From: Candidatus Nanopelagicales bacterium
GTDB lineage: Bacteria > Actinomycetota > Actinomycetes > S36-B12 > UBA10799
NCBI GenBank assembly: GCA_037046735.1
Contig: JBAOHC010000027.1
Location: 111,909 to 175,908, forward strand
Reading direction: 5' to 3'
Length of the DNA: 64,000 nucleotides
Every line of letters starts with the position of its first letter. The stretch's first letter is position 1. The position numbers were made by a program, and so were the translations under genes. Below are positions 33,136 to 46,645 of this stretch, one piece after another. Under the pieces are notes generated by a model that saw only the letters and a program-made list of their open reading frames with translations, was not told the DNA's origin and searched no databases.

Positions 33136-33924
33136 TCAGGCCGAGACCTGCGGGTGGAGGCGGTACCGGACAATCGCCGCGAACTCCTCCGCGTCCAGGC
33201 TGGCCCCTCCGATGAGGGCGCCGTCCACGTCGGCCTTGGCCATGATCCCGGCGATGTTGCTGGACTTGACCGAACCTCCGTAAAGCACGCGTACCTGCTC
33301 AGCGACCGCAGGGCTGTATGTCGAGGCGATCCACTCGCGGATGACCTGGCAGACCTCTTGGGCATCCTCCGGGGACGCCACCTCGCCGGTCCCAATCGCC
33401 CACACGGGCTCATAGGCGATCACGACGTTGAGAAGCTGGTCCTCAGTCAGTCCGGCCAGGCTGCCCGTGAGCTGCGTTGTCACATGGCCGACATGTTCGC
33501 CCGCCTGCCGCACGTCGAGCTTCTCTCCGACGCAGACGATCGGGACCAGGCCATTGTCCAGCGCGGCCTTCGCCTTCGCGTTGACAACGGCATCGGTCTC
33601 GTTGTGATACTCGCGGCGCTCACTGTGCCCCACGACGGCGTAGGTGCATCCCAGCTTGGCCAGCATGTGCCCGGCGACCTCGCCGGTGTAGGCACCGGCG
33701 GCGTGCGCGGAGACGTCCTGCCCGCCGTACTGGATCTTGAGCTTGTCGCCTTCGATCAGGGTCTGCACGCTGCGGATGTCGGTGAATGGCGGCATGACAG
33801 CCGCATCCACTGCCGCGTAGTCCTCGTCCTTGAGCAGAAAAGCCACCTTCTGCACGAGTGCGATCGCTTCGAGGTGGTTCAGGTGCATCTTCCAGTTGCC
33901 GGCCATCAGTGGCTTACGGCTCAT
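33136..33924 (-). CDS. tpiA: triose-phosphate isomerase
   Basis: 262 aa with AGNWKMH, GHSERR and [14 protein letters not shown] overlap with pgk. Confidence 0.95.
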   Translation of the reverse strand: MSRKPLMAGNWKMHLNHLEAIALVQKVAFLLKDEDYAAVDAAVMPPFTDIRSVQTLIEGDKLKIQYGGQDVSAHAAGAYTGEVAGHMLAKLGCTYAVVGHSERREYHNETDAVVNAKAKAALDNGLVPIVCVGEKLDVRQAGEHVGHVTTQLTGSLAGLTEDQLLNVVIAYEPVWAIGTGEVASPEDAQEVCQVIREWIASTYSPAVAEQVRVLYGGSVKSSNIAGIMAKADVDGALIGGASLDAEEFAAIVRYRLHPQVSA

Positions 33925-35093
33925 GATTCCTCCAAAACGGCGATTCCGGGTAGGGTCTTGCCCTCCAGCAGTTCGAGGCTCGCCCCGCCACCGGTGGAGA
34001 TGTGGTCGATCGCATCCGCATCGACGTCGAGCAGCCGCACGGCAGCCGCGGAGTCGCCACCGCCGACGACGGTGAAACCGTCCGTCTGCGTCAAGGCTTG
34101 GGCCACGGCCAGGGTCCCAGCGGCGAAGGGCGCCACCTCGAACACGCCCATGGGGCCGTTCCACACGACAGTCGCCGACGTCAGGATGGCGCCCGCGTAG
34201 GCTTGGGCCGTCTGCGGTCCGATGTCCAGGCCCTTCCAACCGTCCGGAATCCCGTCCGCCATCGACACGACGCGGGTATCGGCATCCTCGGCGATGTCCA
34301 CGGCAATCACGACATCTGTGGGAAGCAGCACGTCCACACCGCGCTTTGCAGCGGTTGCCAGGATCTCGCGGCAACGCTCCACCCAGTCGGCTTCGAACAG
34401 CGAGTCCCCGATGCTGTGGCCCTGCGCAGCCAGGAACGTGAAGCACATACCGCCGCCGATGATCAGGCGGTCGACCGAGGCCAACAGGTTGTCGATGACC
34501 CCGAGCTTGTCCGAGACCTTCGATCCCCCGAGGACAACGGTGTAAGGACGAGACGGATCCACCAACACGTTCTGGAACGAACGGATCTCCTTCTCCACCA
34601 GCCGGCCAGCCGCGTTCGGAAGCAACTTCGCCACATCGGTCACGCTGGCCTGCTCACGATGCAGCACACCGAAACCGTCGCTCACGTAGGCCGTCATGCC
34701 TTCCGCCAGCTCGCTGGCCAGGGCAGCCCGCTCAGCGGGATCCTTGCTGGCCTCACGTGGGTCGAATCGGATGTTCTCCAGCAGAACGACGTGACCCGGA
34801 ACGCCTGGGGTGATCGTCCCCGCTGGAGCCAGGTCGACGGGCGAGCCGAGCAGCTCGGCCATGCGCACCGCAACGGGTGCCAGAGAGAGTTCGGGTTTGA
34901 CCGCGCCCTTCGGACGGCCGAGATGGGCCACCACCACCGGGCGGGCACCGGCGCCCAGCAGTTCGTTCAGGGTCGGCAGGGCCGCCCGGATCCGGCCGTC
35001 ATCCGTGATCTGCCCATCGGACAGCGGGACGTTCAGATCCAGGCGAACCAGTACCGAGGCGTCCTGAAGATCAAGATCGCTCAGGGTGTGCAT
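33921..35093 (-). CDS. pgk: phosphoglycerate kinase
   Basis: 390 aa ([34 protein letters not shown]). Confidence 0.95.
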   Translation of the reverse strand: MHTLSDLDLQDASVLVRLDLNVPLSDGQITDDGRIRAALPTLNELLGAGARPVVVAHLGRPKGAVKPELSLAPVAVRMAELLGSPVDLAPAGTITPGVPGHVVLLENIRFDPREASKDPAERAALASELAEGMTAYVSDGFGVLHREQASVTDVAKLLPNAAGRLVEKEIRSFQNVLVDPSRPYTVVLGGSKVSDKLGVIDNLLASVDRLIIGGGMCFTFLAAQGHSIGDSLFEADWVERCREILATAAKRGVDVLLPTDVVIAVDIAEDADTRVVSMADGIPDGWKGLDIGPQTAQAYAGAILTSATVVWNGPMGVFEVAPFAAGTLAVAQALTQTDGFTVVGGGDSAAAVRLLDVDADAIDHISTGGGASLELLEGKTLPGIAVLEES

Positions 35094-35096
35094 ACG

Positions 35097-36141
<1,045 letters not shown>

Positions 36142-36172
36142 TTAGGTCGAGTGGTTCAATTCTATCGGCACC

Positions 36173-37153
36173 TCAGACAAGTTCGTCATCGGAAGCCAGA
36201 CCCGCCTCAGTATCCGGAATTCCCAACTCCCGTGCACGGCGATCGGCCATCCCCAGCAGGCGCCGGATGCGCCCGGCAATCGCGTCCTTGGTCATGGGTG
36301 GGTCGGCCAGGGCGCCGAGCTCCTCCAGCGATGCCTGTCGGTGCGCCATCCGCAACTGACCGGCCGCCGAGAGGTGATCGGGGACGTCGTCGCCCAGGAT
36401 CGCCAAGGCGCGCTCCACCCGGGCACTGGCGGCCACGGCAGCGCGAGCCGAACGGCGCAGATTCGCATCGTCGAAGTTCGCCAGCCGGTTGGCGGTGGCC
36501 CGGACCTCACGACGGGTGCGCCGCTCCTCCCAGACCAGCACCGACGAGTGCGCACCCATCCGGGCCAGCATCTGCGCGATGGCGTCGCCGTCACGGATGA
36601 CGACCCGCTCCACGCCCCGGACCTCGCGGCTCTTGGCCGAGATCCCCATCCGGCGAGCGGCCCCGACCAGGGCCAGCGCCGACTCCGGTCCTGGACAGGT
36701 GATCTCCAGGGCCGCCGAACGCCCCGGTTCGGTCAACGAGCCGTGTGCCAGGAAGGCCCCCCGCCAGGCGGCTTCGGCGTCACAGATGCCGGCTGTCACC
36801 ACATGCGGCGGCATCCCCCGAATCGGGCGGCCGGCGCCGTCCACCAGGCCCGCCTGCCGCGCCAGTTGCTCACCACCGGTGACCACCCGCACCATGTACC
36901 GGGTGCCTTTGCGAAGGCCCCCTTTGTGCACCACCGCGAAGTCGGCCTGCTGGCCGAAGACCTCAGCGAGGTTGGCGCGCAGCCGGCGGGCGGCGGCGCC
37001 GGTGTCGAACTCGGCCTCCACGACGATCTTGCCGCTGACGATGTGCAGAGCTCCACCAAAACGCAGCATCGCCGACGTTTCCGCCTTACGGCAGCACGGT
37101 TTGCTGACTTCCAATTGGTTGAGCTCGTCTTTGACGGCGGCGGTCATGGCCAT
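36173..37153 (-). CDS. whiA: DNA-binding sporulation/cell-division regulator WhiA
   Basis: 326 aa from the ATG at 37153 ([34 protein letters not shown]...), with a C-terminal HTH region. Confidence 0.9.
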   Translation of the reverse strand: MAMTAAVKDELNQLEVSKPCCRKAETSAMLRFGGALHIVSGKIVVEAEFDTGAAARRLRANLAEVFGQQADFAVVHKGGLRKGTRYMVRVVTGGEQLARQAGLVDGAGRPIRGMPPHVVTAGICDAEAAWRGAFLAHGSLTEPGRSAALEITCPGPESALALVGAARRMGISAKSREVRGVERVVIRDGDAIAQMLARMGAHSSVLVWEERRTRREVRATANRLANFDDANLRRSARAAVAASARVERALAILGDDVPDHLSAAGQLRMAHRQASLEELGALADPPMTKDAIAGRIRRLLGMADRRARELGIPDTEAGLASDDELV

Positions 37154-37229
37154 GGCCGCAATTCTCACACGCTCGGCGTGTCGCCTGGGGCGGGAACTGC
37201 CGAATTGGACCCGGTGCACCCGCAGCCGG

Positions 37230-38192
37230 TCACTGCAGGAGCCGCCCGAACACCGCGGCCAGCATGAGGGAGTCGTGCACGGGCAGCAGCGTGCCCCCGT
37301 CACTGGCTCTCACGTCCTCGATGACCACACTCGCCCCGACGGCCGCGCACGCCACGCGCAACCTGCCCTCATCGACCACCGAGCTCGGGTCCACGATCAC
37401 GTCATCGAGACGGACTTCGGGGAAGCTGGCCGCGAGGTTGTGCAGGTACTTCGAGGCGGTGAAGCCGGTCGTCTCTCCCACCTGGGGCGCCACATTGACG
37501 ACCAGGACTTTGCGAGCGTCGGACTCGACCAGCGCTTGCCGCACCTGTCGGACGTGCAGGTGCGGAAGCACGGAGGTGAACCAACTCCCCGGGCCGAGCA
37601 CGATCAGCCGGGCCCGGCTCAGCGCCTCGGCCACCTGCGGACAGGGTTTCGGATCGGCCGGTTCGATGTACAGCGCCTCCACCTGGCCGGTCGTGGTCGC
37701 GATGGCCACCTGCCCGCGCAGCGTGCTCAGCGCGGAACCGCCGTCCAACCCGCGCACGTCGGCGATCAGGTCCACCGGCTCGTTGGCCACGGGCAAGACC
37801 CTTCCCTGCGCCTCGAGCAACGCGGCGACCCAGTCCAGACCCATCACGGCATCGCCGGTCTCCTGCCACAGCGCACTGATCAGCAGGTTCCCCAGCGCGT
37901 GCCCGGCCAGTTCCCCGTCTCCCTCGAAGCGGTGCTGCAGCACCTGCGACCAGGTTCTGCCCCAGGTGTCGTCGCCGCACAGGGCAGCCAGCGCCATGCG
38001 CAGATCCCCGGGCGGGATCAGCCCCAATTCCCTGCGAATACGCCCGGACGACCCGCCGTCATCGGAAACCCCGACGACCGCGGTGACCGCATCGGTGACC
38101 CTGCGCAGCGCACGCAGGGTGGCCGCCAGGCCGTGACCGCCGCCCAATGCCACCACTGCCGGTCCCGTGCTCCACTCCCCTGTTTGGCGCAC
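37230..38192 (-). CDS. yvcK: gluconeogenesis factor YvcK/CuvA family protein
   Basis: 320 aa with [15 protein letters not shown] and [11 protein letters not shown] motifs. It lies in the conserved rapZ-yvcK-whiA order. Confidence 0.85.
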   Translation of the reverse strand: MRQTGEWSTGPAVVALGGGHGLAATLRALRRVTDAVTAVVGVSDDGGSSGRIRRELGLIPPGDLRMALAALCGDDTWGRTWSQVLQHRFEGDGELAGHALGNLLISALWQETGDAVMGLDWVAALLEAQGRVLPVANEPVDLIADVRGLDGGSALSTLRGQVAIATTTGQVEALYIEPADPKPCPQVAEALSRARLIVLGPGSWFTSVLPHLHVRQVRQALVESDARKVLVVNVAPQVGETTGFTASKYLHNLAASFPEVRLDDVIVDPSSVVDEGRLRVACAAVGASVVIEDVRASDGGTLLPVHDSLMLAAVFGRLLQ

Positions 38193-38195
38193 GAC

Positions 38196-39065
38196 TCACT
38201 CCCGGCCGAGGTCGCGGTGTTGCACCACCACCTGGTGGCCGGCCTCGCGCAGCATCTCGGCGAGCCGCTCGACCATGGCCACGCTACGGTGTTTGCCGCC
38301 GGTGCACCCGATGCCGATCGTCACATACCGCTTGCCCTCCCGGACGTAACCCTCCGCGACGAGATTGACGATCGCGGCGTAGTGATCCAGGACATCCAGT
38401 GCGCCTTCGCGGCTCAGGACGTAACTGCTGACCTCAGAGTCCCGTCCCGTCTGCTCGCGCATCTCCGGCACCCAGAAGGGATTGGGCAAGAACCGCACGT
38501 CGGCGACCATGTCGGCATCAACGGGGATTCCGTACTTGAACCCGAAGGACAGGACCGACACCCGCAGCGAATCCGGGCCGGGGGTGCGGTAGTTCGCCTC
38601 GATGATCCGGCGCAGGTCGTGCACCGACTTCGTGGAGGTGTCGATGACCATGTCCGCGCCTGCCCGGAACGCGCTCAACATCGTGCGCTCCTCGCGCAGG
38701 GCGTCGAGCAGGGTGCCGTCCTCCTGCAGTGGGTGGGGGCGCCGTGACGACTCGAAGCGACGGACCAGCACCTCCTCGGACGCCTCGAGGAAGACGATGC
38801 CCACGTTCACGTGGGCCTCCCGCAGGGCTTGTGTGACCGAGACCAGGTTGGAGAACAGAGGTCCGCCCCGCACGTCCACGACCACGGCCAGTCGCTGCAC
38901 GTCGGGACGCGGTTGCAACAGATCGATCGTGGACTGCAGCAGCGACGGCGGCAGGTTGTCGACCACGAACCAACCAGCGTCCTCCAGTGCGCGGGCCGCC
39001 GTGCTGCGCCCCGCGCCCGACATCCCGGTGACGATCAGCACTTCGAAGTTCGGGTTGTTCATCAC
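38196..39065 (-). CDS. rapZ: RNase adapter / nucleotide-binding protein RapZ (YvcJ)
   Basis: 289 aa with P-loop TGMSGAGRS and C-terminal GCTGGKHRSV. The start is GTG at 39065 or ATG at 39062. Confidence 0.9.
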   Translation of the reverse strand: MMNNPNFEVLIVTGMSGAGRSTAARALEDAGWFVVDNLPPSLLQSTIDLLQPRPDVQRLAVVVDVRGGPLFSNLVSVTQALREAHVNVGIVFLEASEEVLVRRFESSRRPHPLQEDGTLLDALREERTMLSAFRAGADMVIDTSTKSVHDLRRIIEANYRTPGPDSLRVSVLSFGFKYGIPVDADMVADVRFLPNPFWVPEMREQTGRDSEVSSYVLSREGALDVLDHYAAIVNLVAEGYVREGKRYVTIGIGCTGGKHRSVAMVERLAEMLREAGHQVVVQHRDLGRE

Positions 39066-39077
39066 AGCCTCCCTGGG

Positions 39078-41018
39078 TCAATCATCGTCAATCACTTCCC
39101 CGGTCGTCACATTGACCGCTGGTGCAGGCGTGTCCTTGGCCAGATGGTCAGCGATCACGTGGGCCAGATCGGGGCTGATGCCCGGTACCTCGGCGAGTTC
39201 TTCCCAGGTCGCCCGGCGCAACCGGCCCAGGGTGCCGAAGGACTTGATCAGGGCCTTGCGCCGGTGGGGGCCCACGCCAGGTATGTCCTCGATCACCGAA
39301 CTGCTGAGCCGCTTGCTGCGCTTCTGCCGGTGGTAGGTGATCGCGAACCGGTGCGCCTCATCCCGGATCCTCTGCAGCAGGTACAGACCCTGACTGCGCC
39401 GGGACAGGATGATCGGGTCGTCGTACTGCGGCATCCACACCTCTTCGAGGCGCTTGGCCAGACCTGCCACCGCGACGTCGTCGATGCCGAGGTCGGCCAG
39501 GGCCGCGCGGGCGGCGGCCACCTGCGGTTTGCCGCCGTCGATGAGCAACAGGTTCGGCGGGTAGCGGAAGGCCTTGCGCTCGTCGTTGGCCCCCCCGGCG
39601 GGTCCGAACTCGATGTCAGAGGCCTCGGCGCGTTCGGCGAGGTAGCGGGTGAAACGCCGGCGCACCACCTCCGCGATGCTGGCCACGTCATCCTGGCCGG
39701 TCACCCCGCGGATCGCAAAGCGGCGGTAGTCGGACTTGCGCGGAAGTCCGTCCTCGAAGACGACCATGGACGCGACAACATCGTTGCCCTGCAGGTTGGA
39801 GATGTCGATGCACTCGATCCGCAGCGGCGCGACGTCCATCTCGAGGGCCTCGCCGATCTCCTCGAGTGCGGCAGCCCGGGTGCTGAGATCGCCCGCGCGG
39901 CGCAGTTTGTGCGACTGCAGCGTCTGCACGGCATTGGTCGTCACGGTGTCCAGCAAAGCGCGCTTCTGACCCCGCTGCGGTGTCTTCACGGTGACCCGGT
40001 GCCCTGCCTTCAAGGCGAGCCACGGTTCGACCGCCGCTTCGGGCAGCACGGGCACGAGCACCTCGTACGGGATATCGGCGTCATCCTCACCGTAGAGCTG
40101 CTGCATGACGCCCGTGATCAGTTCAGTGGGCAGCTCATTGGCGATCTTCTCAAGGACGAAGGCGTGCTGGCCCCGGACCCGGCCGCCGCGCACGTGGAAG
40201 ATCTGGAAGGCCGCCTCCAACTCGTCCTCGGTGAACCCGATGAGGTCCGCACTGGTGTCGCCGGGCAGGACCAGCGCAGTCCGCTCCATCGCCTTGCGCA
40301 GCGCTCCCAGATCGTCGCGGAGCCGGGCCGCCGTCTCATAGTCCTGAACCGCCGATGCTGCTCGCATCTGGCGCTCCAGATCCCGCATGAAGCGGTCGGT
40401 CCCGGTACCGAGGAAGGCGACCAGATCCTCGGCCAGCCGGCGGTGGTCATCCGCGCTGATCCGCTCAATGCAGGGGGCGCTGCACTTACCGATGTAGCCG
40501 AGCAGGCACGGCCGGCCCATCTGCTCCGAGCGCCGGAACACCCCGTTGCTGCAGGTGCGCACCGGGAAGACGCGCAGTACCTGATCCACGGTCTCCCGGA
40601 TCGCCCACGCCTGTGCGTACGGGCCGAAGTACTTGACCCCCTTGCGCTTCTCGCCACGCATGACCATGACCCGGGGATACTGCTCGGCCATCGTGATCGC
40701 CAGGTAGGGATAGGACTTGTCGTCGCGGTACTTCACGTTGAAACGCGGCGCAAACTCTTTGATCCACTGGTACTCCAGCTGCAGCGCCTCGGTCTCGGAG
40801 TCGACGACCACCCAGTCGACGCTGCACGCCGTCTGCACCATGGTGGCGGTGCGCGGATGCATGTGAACGGGATTCTGGAAGTAGCTGGACAGCCGCGAAC
40901 GGAGATTTGTCGCTTTTCCGACGTAAATCACCCGCGTGTCGTAGTCTCTAAATCTGTAAACACCTGGTAAAGGCGGGATGCTACCCGCGGGTGGTCGGTA
41001 GGACCTCGGGTCTGCCAC
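39078..41018 (-). CDS. uvrC: excinuclease ABC subunit UvrC
   Basis: 646 aa with the GIY-YIG motif (GVYRFRD...VIYVGKATNLRSRLSSY), a UVR domain (AVQDYETAARLRDDL) and a C-terminal (HhH)2. GTG start at 41018. Confidence 0.93.
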   Translation of the reverse strand: MADPRSYRPPAGSIPPLPGVYRFRDYDTRVIYVGKATNLRSRLSSYFQNPVHMHPRTATMVQTACSVDWVVVDSETEALQLEYQWIKEFAPRFNVKYRDDKSYPYLAITMAEQYPRVMVMRGEKRKGVKYFGPYAQAWAIRETVDQVLRVFPVRTCSNGVFRRSEQMGRPCLLGYIGKCSAPCIERISADDHRRLAEDLVAFLGTGTDRFMRDLERQMRAASAVQDYETAARLRDDLGALRKAMERTALVLPGDTSADLIGFTEDELEAAFQIFHVRGGRVRGQHAFVLEKIANELPTELITGVMQQLYGEDDADIPYEVLVPVLPEAAVEPWLALKAGHRVTVKTPQRGQKRALLDTVTTNAVQTLQSHKLRRAGDLSTRAAALEEIGEALEMDVAPLRIECIDISNLQGNDVVASMVVFEDGLPRKSDYRRFAIRGVTGQDDVASIAEVVRRRFTRYLAERAEASDIEFGPAGGANDERKAFRYPPNLLLIDGGKPQVAAARAALADLGIDDVAVAGLAKRLEEVWMPQYDDPIILSRRSQGLYLLQRIRDEAHRFAITYHRQKRSKRLSSSVIEDIPGVGPHRRKALIKSFGTLGRLRRATWEELAEVPGISPDLAHVIADHLAKDTPAPAVNVTTGEVIDDD

Positions 41019-41030
41019 CCCTCAAGGCTA
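41019..41030 (-). promoter_or_regulatory. leaderless-type -10 element for uvrC
   Basis: The coding strand reads AATTAGCCTTGAGGG GTG. TAGCCT (TAnnnT) ends 6 nt before the start codon. The stretch is nearly identical to the one in front of uvrA. Confidence 0.5.
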
Positions 41031-41050
41031 ATTCAGTGAGGAACGTAGAC

Positions 41051-41614
41051 GTGGTGAAGTTGATGGCTGGCGCGCTGGTCGCACTCAGCCTGGCCGTGCC
41101 CGCCGGCTCCCGCCGACCGGCGCTCAGCTCGACGGGCTGTTCGTCGAGGGCGACTCCTTGACCGTCGGCTCCTCCAGCGCCATCAAAGCCAATCTCAGCG
41201 CTGAGTTTCGCAACATCACCGTCGATGCCGAGGTGGGCCGCAGCACCCCGACGGGGATCTCCCGGCTCGATGCCGGGCAGAGCGCGAACGTGTGGGTCCT
41301 GGCCCTGGGGACCAACGACGCCCCGGACCCCAAGACCATGCGCCGCAATGTGAAGACCGTTCTGGCGCGGGCCGGCTCCCGACCAGTTCTGTGGGTCTCC
41401 GTATGGCGCAGCGCCGAGTACGGCACGGGTCAACCGCATGCTCTCGCGCCAGGATGCGAAGTCGGCGCAGCTGTCAGTCCTGCGCTGGGATCTGTTCATC
41501 AAGAGCAACCCGCAGTACCTCGCCGGCGACCGCATTCACCTCACGTCTGCCGGCTACGAGGTGCGCGGGGCGATGATCGCCGACGCCGTCCGGGCATTGC
41601 TGGGCTCCCGGTAG
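41051..41614 (+). pseudogene. secreted SGNH/GDSL hydrolase with two compensating frameshifts
   Basis: The signal peptide VVKLMAGALVALSLAVPAGS is in frame 2. The catalytic core LFVEGDSLTVGSSS...VWVLALGTNDA...VLWVSVWR is in frame 1 (ORF 41158..). The C-terminus VNRMLSRQD...GDRIHLTSAGYEVRG is back in frame 2 and ends at TAG 41612-41614. The junctions are at the C-run 41109-41111 (one C missing) and the G-run 41427-41429 (one G extra). Confidence 0.7.
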
Positions 41615-41617
41615 GCC

Positions 41618-42244
41618 TCAACTGCGCTCGACGCCCTGCAGCACGAGATTTGTGTAAGCCTGGCACCCCTGCGGATTGAGGTGAATGCCGTCGGGGTACA
41701 GCCCTGGCGCGAAGACGCTGGCGTTCCAGTCGATGACGTGGGCATTCGGCCACCTGGCGGGCATGGCCCGCAGTCGCTGGTTCACATCACCCTCGTACGT
41801 ATAGGTGTCCGGCAGTTCGACGGTCAGGAAGTACACCGCGCGGTCAGGTCCGGCGGCCTGCATGATCCGATCGAGCACCTTGAACCCGAAGGGACCGTTG
41901 GTGCCCAGCGCCACCACCACCCGGGGCGGCAGGGTCCCGTCAGCGGCCTTCTGTTCGATGAGCGCCGCGCCCTCGGTGATCGTCCGGTTCTCAGCCGCAT
42001 TCACTTTCACGACCGTGCCCTTGAGACACGATTTCGCGCCGAGCAGGACCGAGTCGCCTACGGCATACACCGGACCGGTCAGCGGCGCTGCAGGCGGTTT
42101 CGCCATGGACAGTACGGCTTGCGGGGAAGGCAGACCCGCCTTGCCACTGACCCACAGGCCGGCGATCACGAACGCCAGCGTGGCCAGAACGCCACCCAGA
42201 ACCGTCGGCAGGCGCTGGATCAGGCTGTCGTCGTTATCCGCCAC
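41618..42244 (-). CDS. membrane-anchored SGNH-like hydrolase/acyl-esterase domain protein
   Basis: 208 aa with an N-terminal TM (LGGVLATLAFVIAGLWV), then YAVGDSVLLG (block I), ALGTNG (block III) and PDGIHLNPQG (block V). It resembles the C-terminal domains of the AT3-SGNH proteins at 52-60 kb. Confidence 0.7.
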   Translation of the reverse strand: MADNDDSLIQRLPTVLGGVLATLAFVIAGLWVSGKAGLPSPQAVLSMAKPPAAPLTGPVYAVGDSVLLGAKSCLKGTVVKVNAAENRTITEGAALIEQKAADGTLPPRVVVALGTNGPFGFKVLDRIMQAAGPDRAVYFLTVELPDTYTYEGDVNQRLRAMPARWPNAHVIDWNASVFAPGLYPDGIHLNPQGCQAYTNLVLQGVERS

Positions 42245-42254
42245 GGTTGCCGGA

Positions 42255-42695
42255 TCAGGCCAGGACCACGTTGGCGCCGTCGACCCGCACAGCGACCGGA
42301 GACAGCCCCGTCGTGGCAGGACCTTGAATCACCGCACCATCGGTGATGGAGAACTGCGATCCGTGACACGGGCACAGGATCGTCTGTTCGGCCACCTCGT
42401 TGACCAGACACTTCTGGTGCGGGCAGACGGCGCTGAGCCCCACGAAATCCCCGGCGGTCGGCTGCGTCACGACGACCTTCGTCTGGCCGGCGTCGACGAT
42501 CACCCCGCCATCCACCGGGACGTCGGTGGTGGCCACCAGCACTTCGCCGGCCGCGGCGGGCGAAGGCGCGGCCGGGGCGTCGCCCGTCGGGTCGCTGCTG
42601 CTCCCGGAATCACCGCTCGAGCACCCGGTGAGCACCACCCCAGCGGCTCCAAGCGCGCCTACAGCCATGACATTCCTGCGCGTGACATCGGTCAT
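42255..42695 (-). CDS. Tat-exported Rieske [2Fe-2S] lipoprotein
   Basis: 146 aa with the twin-arginine motif TRRNVM, lipobox LTGC, and Rieske ligands CPHQKC (C-x-H) and CPCHGSQF (C-x-x-H). Confidence 0.8.
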   Translation of the reverse strand: MTDVTRRNVMAVGALGAAGVVLTGCSSGDSGSSSDPTGDAPAAPSPAAAGEVLVATTDVPVDGGVIVDAGQTKVVVTQPTAGDFVGLSAVCPHQKCLVNEVAEQTILCPCHGSQFSITDGAVIQGPATTGLSPVAVRVDGANVVLA

Positions 42696-42763
42696 TGGTC
42701 ACTCCCATCGATCTGCTGACAGCCTAAGCGCATGACCAGATCACGACCGGCCAACACACCGGG

Positions 42764-45601
<2,838 letters not shown>

Positions 45602-45629
45602 TCCCCAAGGCTAACTGGGGGGTGGGACA
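45602..45629 (-). promoter_or_regulatory. leaderless promoter of uvrA with a TGTC upstream box (RecA-NDp-like spacing)
   Basis: The coding strand reads TGTCCCAC-cccccagt-TAGCCT-tgggga-GTG. That is a TGTC box, 8 nt, a TAnnnT hexamer, then 6 nt to the start codon. Confidence 0.45.
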
Positions 45630-45738
45630 GCGCATGCGGGCTTCTCCCTGGCCCGTTCAGCTCCGCCCTGGACCGGGCGGACTGCTCCGAACGGTTGACG
45701 CGGCAAAGCCCAGCATCTCCGAACTCCGACAAGACGGT

Positions 45739-46605
45739 ATGCGAGCAGCACTTCCTCTCCTGATCACCGGCACACTGCTGGTGGCACCGGTGCTCGCGAT
45801 GCCCACATCTGCTGCCGCTGCAGAGCCCGTGTCCAGCACCGCCATCGCCATGGCCGCAGCCGGCCACAAGGCCAAACTGAGCAGCAAGGCGGGGACCAGC
45901 CGCCTGCGTGTGACCATCACCGGTTCACCGGTGGGACGGGTCCAGGTCGTGGGCTTGAACAAGCGGTACATCCTCACCGAATCAGCCGTCATGCGCCTGC
46001 GGGTGGGCCATTACACCGTGCGGGCGAGCAACGTCTCCTCGGCCAAAGACACTTACCGTCCCGCGAGCCGCAAGCAGACAATCACGGTGCGCAAGGGTGT
46101 CACCGCCCAGGTGCAGGTCACCTACTCCCACGCGGGGAGTTCGGCACCCGGCACGGTCCGTCAGGACACTCCCCCTGCCGGTGAACTCACCGAGGTCTTC
46201 AACCTGGTGAACACTGCGCGCTCTCGCACCCAACAGTGCGGAACCAAGACCATGCCCGCGGTTGATGCGCTGACCTACAACGCTGACATCGGCCAAGCGG
46301 CCCAACTCCACGCCGAGGACATGGCAGCCAAGAACTACTTCGAGCACGTCTCCCTCGACGGTCGCACCTTCGTCGACCGCATCAACAACACCGCCTACGA
46401 CGGCAGTCCGGCGGGCGAGAACATCGCGATGGGATTCCAGTCCGCCGCGGACGTGGTGCAGGGTTGGCTGAACAGCCCGGGACACTGCGTGAACCTGATG
46501 GATCCCGACTTCGACGATGTGGGCCTCGGGTTCACCTCCCTGCAGGATCCCAAGTACTCCACCGCCACCACCTTCTGGGTGCAGGACTTCGGATACGCAG
46601 GCTAG
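45739..46605 (+). CDS. secreted CAP (SCP/PR-1, YkwD-like) domain protein
   Basis: 288 aa from the ATG at 45739. It has a signal peptide (LLITGTLLVAPVLAMPTSAAA), a beta-rich middle part and a C-terminal CAP domain (AAQLHAEDMAAKNYFEH...GENIA...GWLNSPGHCVNLM). Confidence 0.75.
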   Translation: MRAALPLLITGTLLVAPVLAMPTSAAAAEPVSSTAIAMAAAGHKAKLSSKAGTSRLRVTITGSPVGRVQVVGLNKRYILTESAVMRLRVGHYTVRASNVSSAKDTYRPASRKQTITVRKGVTAQVQVTYSHAGSSAPGTVRQDTPPAGELTEVFNLVNTARSRTQQCGTKTMPAVDALTYNADIGQAAQLHAEDMAAKNYFEHVSLDGRTFVDRINNTAYDGSPAGENIAMGFQSAADVVQGWLNSPGHCVNLMDPDFDDVGLGFTSLQDPKYSTATTFWVQDFGYAG

Positions 46606-46645
46606 AGTCACTGATCCAGAGGTGTTCAGGCGGTACGTTTCTCGC

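Noticed and set aside
36489-40970. Two long plus-strand ORFs (36489..38747, 752 aa; 38811..40970, 719 aa).
   Set aside because: They are antisense to whiA, yvcK, rapZ and uvrC, all of which have clear motifs. The translations are low-complexity and Arg/Pro/Gly-rich. The same applies to 13632..15251 (antisense to sufB), 34002..35387 (antisense to pgk), 26546..27796 (antisense to zwf) and 48965..50449 (antisense to uvrB).
45688-45700. A possible LexA SOS box upstream of uvrA and the CAP gene (CGAAC ggtt GACGCG).
   Set aside because: Only the left half-site resembles the actinobacterial TCGAAC-N4-GTTCGA consensus. The right half does not.
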